A stretch of DNA of 64,000 nt from an uncultured Bacilli bacterium (GTDB taxonomy: Bacteria > Bacillota_I > Bacilli_A > RF39 > UBA660). Location of the stretch: the NCBI GenBank assembly GCA_947623685.1, contig CANQHF010000003.1, positions 7,321-71,320 of the forward strand. Reading direction: 5' to 3'. Made by a program: the position numbers and the translations under genes. This document shows, in pieces, positions 54,350 through 63,530 of the stretch (position 1 is the first letter of the stretch; each line of letters opens with the position of its first letter). Below the pieces are notes generated by a model that saw only the letters and a program-made list of their open reading frames with translations, did not search any database and had not been told where the DNA came from.

Positions 54350-54415
54350 ATGAAAAATTTACAAGTTATAAATAGTGCAGAATTAATTACGACTCCTAAT
54401 TTATTAAGCTTTTAG
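54350..54415 (+). CDS. 21-aa leader peptide MKNLQVINSAELITTPNLLSF
   Basis: AAAGGAG at 54332-54338, ATG at 54350. It contains one arm of an antiterminator. Below the ORF-track cutoff. Confidence 0.45.
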   Translation: MKNLQVINSAELITTPNLLSF

Positions 54416-54440
54416 GAATATTCTTTTGTTTATAAAATTT

Positions 54441-54467
54441 AATTCTGCATTATGCAGAATTTTTTTT
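54441..54467 (+). terminator. attenuator terminator AATTCTGCA-TTA-TGCAGAATT + T-run
   Basis: 9-bp stem plus T-run, immediately before the RBS of the ASCH-deaminase gene. The left arm can instead pair with 54376-54386. Confidence 0.7.
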
Positions 54468-54488
54468 AATAAAAAGGAGATTATTAAG

Positions 54489-55244
54489 ATGATAATAAAA
54501 TTAAATATTAATGATAAAGAAGCTTTGGCAATTAAAAATAAAACTAAAAAAGTAGAAATAAGAGCAAACAAAGAAAATAGTGCGCAAGATTATAGCAAAT
54601 TAAAACAAAATGATGTTATAGAATTTACTAGCAATAATGTGGGTACATTTTATGTTAAAGTAAAAGAAATAAATCATTATAAAACACTCGAAGAATTATT
54701 TGCTTTAGAAGGAACTAAATATACAACTTCTTCTATTAATGATAAACAAGAAGCAATTAAGAACGTAAATAAACTTGATGGTTATCAAGAAGCTATTAAG
54801 AAAAACGGTGTATATGCTATTCATATAGAATATTTATATAGCGAAAATACTGTTTGGGAAGAATTATATGAAAAGGCTAAAAATATAAGAAATCCAAAAG
54901 ATATATCAGGTATGATTAGTGCTGGTGGAGTTGGAGCAGCAATACTGACTAAAAATCATAATATTTATACTGGAGTTTGTATTGATACTGCATCATCCCT
55001 TGGTATTTGCGCTGAGCGAAATGCCATTACTAATATGATAACAAATGGTGAAAATGAGATTAAAAAACTAGTGTGTATTGATTCTAAAGGTAATGTAGGA
55101 TCTCCTTGCGGGGCATGTAGGGAGTATTTAATGCAACTTTCTAAAAATAGTAAAAATATTGAAATACTAAAAGATGTTGATTCTAAAAAAATAATAAAAT
55201 TAGAAGAATTAGTACCTGATTGGTGGGGAAAAGATAGAGTTTAA
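54489..55244 (+). CDS. ASCH domain fused to a cytidine/blasticidin-S deaminase-like domain
   Basis: N-terminal ASCH-like region (KKVEIRANKEN...). C-terminal CAERNAI ... PCGACREY zinc-deaminase motifs. Start trimmed to ATG 54489, behind AAAAGGAG. Confidence 0.7.
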   Translation: MIIKLNINDKEALAIKNKTKKVEIRANKENSAQDYSKLKQNDVIEFTSNNVGTFYVKVKEINHYKTLEELFALEGTKYTTSSINDKQEAIKNVNKLDGYQEAIKKNGVYAIHIEYLYSENTVWEELYEKAKNIRNPKDISGMISAGGVGAAILTKNHNIYTGVCIDTASSLGICAERNAITNMITNGENEIKKLVCIDSKGNVGSPCGACREYLMQLSKNSKNIEILKDVDSKKIIKLEELVPDWWGKDRV

Positions 55245-57154
55245 TGAAAAATATAGAATTAGTTATTCCTAAATTAAATCAATATTCTTATGAACAAAAA
55301 TTAGAAAGTGATCCTAAAACAATGAGTTATAATGCAGGATATGATGTATCATATTTAGGGTATCATTATGATACTGGTTGTATTGATTTTCCTAAAGAAA
55401 AATGGATAGCTACATATAATAAAAGAATAAATGAAAATAAGTATTTTGCTTACATAAAAGATTGTGATGTTAATAAATATGTTGGATACGTTAATTACCA
55501 ATATAATAAAAATGATAATATATATGAATGTGGTATTTTAATTGAAAATAAATATCGTGGTAAAGGATATTCTAAAGATGCATTAAGACTATTAGTAAAA
55601 AAAGCAAATGAGCAAGGAATAAAATATCTTTATGATACTTTTGAAAAAGAAAGAAAAAATGCCTTAAAAACATTTTTGGACGTGGGCTTTGAAATATATA
55701 AGGAAACTAAATGGAAAAAATTTAATAAGAATGTAGATGGTGTAATAGTAAGAATTAAGACGGATAAAGTATTACCTAATATTAATAAAATAAATAACAT
55801 AAATGATGTTTTAACTTTTATGAATAACCATATAAGATATGGATGGATGGACATAAATGGTAAAATTCATATTGGAAATATGAAAGGTTTTAGAAGCCTT
55901 TATAGAACGTTATCAATTGATGAAATATTAAAATATGGTATAGGAACTTGCATTGAACAAGTGAATTTGATGCATTATCTATTAAATAAAATAAACATAA
56001 AAAATAAGATGTTTGCAACAAGAATATACGAACCAAATGATTTTAATAAGTTAGATGAAGAAGAACATATGCATTGTTTTGTTTTATGTTATATTGGTAA
56101 CAAAATCTATCATATAGAGCATCCTAATTGGTATAAAATGGGTATTTATGAATATAAAAGTGAAAAAGAAGCTGTTAAAAAAATTAATAGTTATTATGTA
56201 GAGCTTTCTGGTGGAACATCAAGGCCAGTAACAGAGTTTTATAAAGTAAATCCAAATATTTCATTTAAAGAATTTAATAGTTATATTAATAATTTAGATA
56301 TTACTTTTAGAAAATTACGCGATAGCAAAAAAGATTATGAAAAACTATATAATTGGTGCAAAAGAAAACATATATATGAGTGGTTCGAACAAAGAATATT
56401 ATCTTATAATGAAATAGTTTCCAAATATAAATACAAATTAAAAATGAAAAAACAAAATTTATATATTATAAGGTCAAATAACATTGATATAGGTTTAGTT
56501 CAAATATATAAATTTGAAAATGACATAAATCTAAATGAGTTAAATAAATATAAAAACATTTATGAATATGATGTGTTTATTGGAGATGAAAATTACCTAA
56601 ATAAAGGTATAGGTAAAAAAGTAGTTGAAACGATTAATGATATTATATATAAAAAATATCATGCTGATTCGATAATATTAAGACCATTTAAAAGAAATAA
56701 AAGAGCTATTAAGTGTTATAAAAAATGTGACTTTGAAATAGTAGGGGAATATGTAGGAACTGATACATTAGGCAATAAGGAAAATATAGTTATTTTATTA
56801 AATAAACTTGATAGATTAAAATTTGGGATAGATATAGATAAATTAATTAATCTTGTTTTAGATGGTAAAAAGACAGCAACCACATCTTTATATGAATATG
56901 ATAGTTTACCTACGATAGGTGATATATCAGTGCTTACTGATTCAAATGATAATAACGTGTGTATGGTAAAAACAAAAGAAGTTATTGTAACTGAATTTAA
57001 GAATATTACTTGGAATTTAGCAAAAAAAGAAGGAGAAAATAACTCTTTAGATGAATGGAGAAAGGTTCATAAAAATTACTTTAGTAAAATAGATCCTAGT
57101 TTTAATGAAAATACTAAAGTAATATTTGAAATATTTAAAGTGATATATAAATAA
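55244..57154 (+). CDS. four-domain fusion: GNAT - transglutaminase/papain-like Cys-His domain - AAC(6')-like GNAT - ASCH
   Basis: GNAT A-motifs YRGKGYSKDAL and LNKGIGKKVVE. Middle GTCIEQVNLMHYLL ... HMHCFVL ... IEHP. C-terminal LVLDGKKTATTS ASCH block. TAATG overlap with the upstream gene. Confidence 0.6.
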   Translation: MKNIELVIPKLNQYSYEQKLESDPKTMSYNAGYDVSYLGYHYDTGCIDFPKEKWIATYNKRINENKYFAYIKDCDVNKYVGYVNYQYNKNDNIYECGILIENKYRGKGYSKDALRLLVKKANEQGIKYLYDTFEKERKNALKTFLDVGFEIYKETKWKKFNKNVDGVIVRIKTDKVLPNINKINNINDVLTFMNNHIRYGWMDINGKIHIGNMKGFRSLYRTLSIDEILKYGIGTCIEQVNLMHYLLNKINIKNKMFATRIYEPNDFNKLDEEEHMHCFVLCYIGNKIYHIEHPNWYKMGIYEYKSEKEAVKKINSYYVELSGGTSRPVTEFYKVNPNISFKEFNSYINNLDITFRKLRDSKKDYEKLYNWCKRKHIYEWFEQRILSYNEIVSKYKYKLKMKKQNLYIIRSNNIDIGLVQIYKFENDINLNELNKYKNIYEYDVFIGDENYLNKGIGKKVVETINDIIYKKYHADSIILRPFKRNKRAIKCYKKCDFEIVGEYVGTDTLGNKENIVILLNKLDRLKFGIDIDKLINLVLDGKKTATTSLYEYDSLPTIGDISVLTDSNDNNVCMVKTKEVIVTEFKNITWNLAKKEGENNSLDEWRKVHKNYFSKIDPSFNENTKVIFEIFKVIYK

Positions 57155-57184
57155 AAATAGATGATATTATAAATAATAAAGGAA

Positions 57185-57718
57185 GTGATTATAATAAAAG
57201 AAATATTGTATAACTATGATAATTTAACTGAAGATGATATTGATGAAGTTGTTATTAGATGTAAAGCATTAATAATAAATAGTAAAAATGAAATTACTTT
57301 AGGATATTCTAATAAAACATATCAATTTCCCGGCGGACACTTAGAAGAAAAAGAGACATTAACTGAGTGTTTATTAAGAGAAATAGAAGAAGAAACGGGT
57401 ATAAAACTAAAAGATGCAAAAATAGAACCATTTCAAAAAATAACTTATTATAATAAAAATTATCATAAAAGTAACAAGAATAGAAAAAACGAAATCTATT
57501 ATTTCATTGTTAAGTCGGATGCAAAATTTAATATGAAATATGCTAAGTTAGATGAAGGGGAAAAAGAAGGAAATTATATTCCTATTACAGTACCAATTAA
57601 TAAAGTAAAGCAAATTTTGATAGATAGCATACCTGATAATCCAGTAAACAAAGTAATTGTTGAAGAAATGCTAGAAGCATTAAAAGAATATGATAAAATT
57701 AAAGATAGATGTAATTAA
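57185..57718 (+). CDS. NUDIX hydrolase
   Basis: Nudix box GGHLEEKETLTECLLREIEEETGI. Exact start uncertain. Confidence 0.85.
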   Translation: MIIIKEILYNYDNLTEDDIDEVVIRCKALIINSKNEITLGYSNKTYQFPGGHLEEKETLTECLLREIEEETGIKLKDAKIEPFQKITYYNKNYHKSNKNRKNEIYYFIVKSDAKFNMKYAKLDEGEKEGNYIPITVPINKVKQILIDSIPDNPVNKVIVEEMLEALKEYDKIKDRCN

Positions 57719-57736
57719 ACATAGGAGATTACAAAT

Positions 57737-58447
57737 ATGAAAAAAGTTTTAGAAACAAGTTTATGTAAGATTAATTATTCAGAAAGTTTAGAAGATTTAG
57801 TAGAAGCAACTGTTTCATTACTTAATCAAAAAATAAAAGAATTTAAATTGTTTTTTGATATTACTAATGATGAACAAATAGTTGTTAATTATTTTGATAA
57901 TGTTGAAGAATTTAGAGAGTTTATATATTCTATAAGAGGTGAAAGAGATTCGTTACCTAAATATGCTAAAGGGACTTATGATAATGAAATGATAAATGCA
58001 TGTATTAATCCTAAATATCAATTAAAAAAAGTATATAACGCTAGTCATGAATTATTTCATATTTTATATATGAAATATATATTGAATAACGATTATTCAA
58101 AAAGAATAGTTTGGTATGACGAGGGTATGGCACAATTTATGTCTGGAGAAAAAGATTTATTAAGTCAATCTAATGTTTTTAATAGCTTTTATTTAAAGGT
58201 AAAAAAGCAAACAAAAATTATACCTAAAATAAATAGTTTGGAACACGGAACTTCGTTTGTTAACGAGAATTACAATGGTTATGATTTAAGTTATTTATGC
58301 ATTAGATATTTATCAGAAATATTAAGTTCTGAACAATTTAAAAACTTAAAGTCGGATTTTTCAATGATTAATAAATTTGGTAATGATATAATACAGAAAA
58401 TGTTTAGTTATTATGATGAAAAATTACAAGTAGCTATAAAAAAATAA
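57737..58447 (+). CDS. hypothetical HEXXH protein (putative zinc metallopeptidase)
   Basis: ASHELFHILY, with a downstream DEGMAQF that could supply a third ligand Glu. Confidence 0.35.
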   Translation: MKKVLETSLCKINYSESLEDLVEATVSLLNQKIKEFKLFFDITNDEQIVVNYFDNVEEFREFIYSIRGERDSLPKYAKGTYDNEMINACINPKYQLKKVYNASHELFHILYMKYILNNDYSKRIVWYDEGMAQFMSGEKDLLSQSNVFNSFYLKVKKQTKIIPKINSLEHGTSFVNENYNGYDLSYLCIRYLSEILSSEQFKNLKSDFSMINKFGNDIIQKMFSYYDEKLQVAIKK

Positions 58448-58590
58448 AATTAAATCATCTTATTAAGTTTAATAGAAATTTTATAGGATGATTTTTGTTT
58501 TAAATTAACTTTAATAGTTAACCTTTTTATAAAAGAATACGTAAAATATGTTATAATAAATATAGAAAAGCTTAAGAAGGTGTGGTTTTA

Positions 58591-58785
58591 ATGAATAATA
58601 ACGAAATATTAAATGAGAAAATGATACAAGAAAAAATAAAAAAAGTTAACGGGGCTATGGCACAAGAGGGTATGCCATTAACTAAAGAATTAAAACAAAA
58701 ACTTTATAATTGTATAATTGGTAGAACTACAACGGAAATAGAAAGAAAAAAAATAATAGAAAAATATAGAGGTCTTTATGGATAA
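58591..58785 (+). CDS. VbhA-like small antitoxin (orphan)
   Basis: About 64 aa with a VNGAMAQEGMPLT segment resembling the VbhA inhibitory helix. The position normally S/T is Ala. The expected downstream Fic gene is reduced to ATGGATAAATAA. Confidence 0.4.
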   Translation: MNNNEILNEKMIQEKIKKVNGAMAQEGMPLTKELKQKLYNCIIGRTTTEIERKKIIEKYRGLYG

Positions 58786-58847
58786 ATAAATATTTATTGT
58801 TCAGACGAATTAAGAAAATTATTTAATATATAGTGATATCTTTAAAT

Positions 58848-58873
58848 GCATATTATAGTTAATATGCTTTTTT
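58848..58873 (+). terminator. terminator GCATATTA-TAGT-TAATATGC + T7 (second copy)
   Basis: Identical hairpin to 54242-54261, preceded by 26 nt identical to the 3' end of yafQ. Confidence 0.6.
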
Positions 58874-58897
58874 TAATTGTAAGCGCATAAAAATATA

Positions 58898-58926
58898 TTG
58901 TTATATAAACAATTGTTTGGTATAAT
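58898..58926 (+). promoter_or_regulatory. sigmaA-type promoter of the type I toxin mRNA
   Basis: TTGTTA (58898-58903), 17-nt spacer, extended -10 TGgTATAAT (58918-58926). Confidence 0.5.
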
Positions 58927-58991
58927 TATTTTAGGAACATTTAATGTGAGTGTTGCCCTCCAATCTTGAAAAAGAAGGGGGGTAGATATTA

Positions 58992-59084
58992 ATGAAAACC
59001 AAAACCTTTATCGTAAAAGTTCTGAGGCTCATTGCTATCATTTTGTTACTTTCTACCTTACTGGTGTTAGCAATAAAAAAATAG
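58992..59084 (+). CDS. 30-aa hydrophobic peptide, type I toxin candidate
   Basis: MKTKTFIVKVLRLIAIILLLSTLLVLAIKK. G6 Shine-Dalgarno at 58977-58982, 9 nt before the ATG. Not in the ORF track. Confidence 0.55.
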   Translation: MKTKTFIVKVLRLIAIILLLSTLLVLAIKK

Positions 59085-59207
59085 ACACTCAATCAGCATT
59101 GATCGAGTGTCTCTTCATTGATTGAGTGTTAAACTCAGTTTAAGAGGCGACATTCACTTGCGAATTTAAATGTTCCTCTTTTTTTATTATATGCAAGGTT
59201 TCTTGCT
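59075..59207 (-). ncRNA. candidate antisense antitoxin RNA convergent with the toxin mRNA
   Basis: The minus-strand promoter at 59214-59242 points into the toxin 3' UTR. On the minus strand the hairpin AGACACTC/GAGTGTCT (59083-59112) is followed by T7. Ends are inferred. Confidence 0.45.
59143..59185 (+). terminator. terminator of the toxin mRNA
   Basis: AGAGG(C)GACATT ... AATGTTCCTCT long hairpin followed by T7. Confidence 0.6.
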
Positions 59208-59213
59208 AAATAC

Positions 59214-59242
59214 ATATTAACATAAATGCGTGATTTTGTCAA
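59214..59242 (-). promoter_or_regulatory. near-consensus sigmaA promoter on the minus strand
   Basis: The minus strand reads TTGACA (59242-59237), 17-nt spacer, TAATAT (59219-59214). Confidence 0.55.
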
Positions 59243-59278
59243 AATTTTGCTTCTTAGACTTTAATAAACATTTTTTAA

Positions 59279-61303
<2,025 letters not shown>

Positions 61304-61417
61304 TGATTTTAAATATAATGCAAACGAAACTTGACAAAATAAAAATTTATGATAATATATACGTCGTAATTTTTATTATTGTTTGCTTGTATAGGAACAT
61401 TATATGCAAGCAAAAAA

Positions 61418-61447
61418 GGGTTTTGTTTGCATACAAAACTCTTTTTT
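61418..61447 (+). terminator. terminator-like hairpin between ligA and the acyl-AMP ligase gene
   Basis: GGGTTTTGT-TTGCAT-ACAAAACTC followed by T6. Confidence 0.6.
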
Positions 61448-61487
61448 AGTTTACTAAAAAAGATGTAAAAGAAAGGAAAGAAAAAAG

Positions 61488-63464
61488 ATGGATAATAACA
61501 AACTAGATATTAAAAAAACAAAATATAGATATCTTATGGATAATTTAAAATTATTTCCAATAAAACCAATAATGAAATATACAATACCAGTACCAAAAGA
61601 TCCAACTATAGATGAAAGTAAGCAGGAGTTTTTTGACAGGAATTATCCAGATGTCACAATAACGAACTTACATTTTAAACATATGATTGATAAAACCGCA
61701 AAAGCTTTAGTTGCTATGGGAATAAAAAAAGGAGATATTGTAACTATTTGTCAAACAAATACCCCTGAGATGTTTTATATGGATTATGCATTAAATAAGA
61801 TAGGGGCAATACCTAATTATATATATCCTAATGTAACTGCTGATGAAATGAAATATTATATAGATGAATTAGATTCAAAATATATGTTTATATTAGATGA
61901 TGCTCCAATAAGAAAAAACGTAAAACAAGCAACAGATGGAACAGGAATAAAAATAATTTCATCATCAGTTATTGAATCATTCCCACAACTATTTAAGATG
62001 GTAGCATCTAAAAAAATGCCTAAAGAAGAACCTATTAAATTGGAAAATGAAATTAAATGGGAAGAATTTATTAAAAATGGCAAAAATGCTTTAGTATTAG
62101 AAGATGATTACGTACCTAATAGTGTTTGTTCTTATGTTCACTCTAGTGGCACATCAAGTATTCCTAAAGCTATAATGATATCAAACGAAAACGCTAATTG
62201 TGTTCCTTATAATTATGAAGTAGATAAAGTTAAATGGAACGAAGGAAAACTAGGAGTTCAAACCATACCCCAATTTGTTCAATTTGGCAGTGCTACTACG
62301 CAACTTCTTTTATGTAACAATGTATGCATTGTAATAATACCTGAGATGGAACCTAAAAACTATTATGATTTAATAGAAAAATACAAACCTAGTTATAGTT
62401 TTGCTACTCCATCACATGCTAGAGAATTAGTAAAAAGACCTGTAGATATGAGTAATTCTAAAATACTAGGATTTGGTGGTGATGGTTTTGATGATATAGA
62501 AAAAAATCTAAATGAATATATAAAGATAAATGGTGGAAATTCATATGCTTATCAAGGATATGGATCAACTGAGATGAGCGCTGTGGCAGTTGTTAATACT
62601 CCTAAAACTCATAAAGTTGGTTCATTAGGAAAACCTATTGGAGATACAAAGGCAATTATAATAGATACAGATTCAGAGCCTGGGAACTATAATATAATAA
62701 ATGAACCTAATAAAATTGGAGAACTATGTCTTACAGGTTCAGGAGTAACTTTAGGTTATGCAGGAAATTCAAAAGATCAAAATGAAAAAGTTTTCGTAAA
62801 ACATTCTGATGGAAGAGTTTATGTTCATATGGGAGATTTTATAAGCAAAGATGAAGATGGATTTTTATATTATCATGGAAGAATAAAGAATGTTATAACA
62901 AGAAAATCATTTACTTTTTCACCAGATGAAATAGTAAAAGCAATAATGAAACATCCTAAAGTTAAACAATGTGTTGTTATCCCAAAGTACAGTAAAGAAG
63001 AAGGAGAAACTCCAAGTGCTCATATTGTACTGAATGATTATGAAAACAAGGAACAAACCCTAAGTGAAATAATAGATTTAGTAAATCAAAATGTTCAAGA
63101 ATTTCATAGGCCAACAGATTATAAAATTCGAGATCAGATTGTAAGAACAAGAAATAATAAAAACAATATAACAGCTTTGAAAATTGAAGATACTGCTTCA
63201 ATGTATGTTGGTGTTATAGACTCGAAAATTGAAACATTAGATGATGGTACTTATGATTATTGCTTAAATATTAGTCTTGATTCAAAATATAATTCTGACA
63301 TCGAATCTATAACTAATGAAATAGATGATTACTTAAGGGAAATATCTAATATTTTAAAATTTGAAGTCGGAAAAATAAAATACAATATAAAAGTACTTGA
63401 TGTAAACTATAGTGATTCTGATCAAAGTTTTGAAAAGAGTCAAATATTTGTAAAACATATTTAA
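61488..63464 (+). CDS. AMP-dependent synthetase/ligase (acyl-CoA synthetase-like) with about 130-aa C-terminal extension
   Basis: AMP-binding signature YVHSSGTSSIPKAI; GYGSTE; GDF..DEDGFLYYHGRIKN. Confidence 0.8.
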   Translation: MDNNKLDIKKTKYRYLMDNLKLFPIKPIMKYTIPVPKDPTIDESKQEFFDRNYPDVTITNLHFKHMIDKTAKALVAMGIKKGDIVTICQTNTPEMFYMDYALNKIGAIPNYIYPNVTADEMKYYIDELDSKYMFILDDAPIRKNVKQATDGTGIKIISSSVIESFPQLFKMVASKKMPKEEPIKLENEIKWEEFIKNGKNALVLEDDYVPNSVCSYVHSSGTSSIPKAIMISNENANCVPYNYEVDKVKWNEGKLGVQTIPQFVQFGSATTQLLLCNNVCIVIIPEMEPKNYYDLIEKYKPSYSFATPSHARELVKRPVDMSNSKILGFGGDGFDDIEKNLNEYIKINGGNSYAYQGYGSTEMSAVAVVNTPKTHKVGSLGKPIGDTKAIIIDTDSEPGNYNIINEPNKIGELCLTGSGVTLGYAGNSKDQNEKVFVKHSDGRVYVHMGDFISKDEDGFLYYHGRIKNVITRKSFTFSPDEIVKAIMKHPKVKQCVVIPKYSKEEGETPSAHIVLNDYENKEQTLSEIIDLVNQNVQEFHRPTDYKIRDQIVRTRNNKNNITALKIEDTASMYVGVIDSKIETLDDGTYDYCLNISLDSKYNSDIESITNEIDDYLREISNILKFEVGKIKYNIKVLDVNYSDSDQSFEKSQIFVKHI

Positions 63465-63530
63465 AAAAATATGTTTTTTACTTTTTTATAGGTTAATTAT
63501 GTTATACTTTTAGTATAAGGAGATGAGTTT

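Noticed and set aside
54426-54488. Upstream in-frame extensions of track ORFs: 54426 for the ASCH-deaminase, 30374 for the GT2, 34969 for the MqsA-like gene, 34557 for the MqsR-like gene, 5193 for MYG1 and 59279 for ligA.
   Set aside because: The extensions run through terminator hairpins or the preceding gene and have no RBS. Internal ATG/GTG codons with good Shine-Dalgarno sequences give N-termini that match the families.
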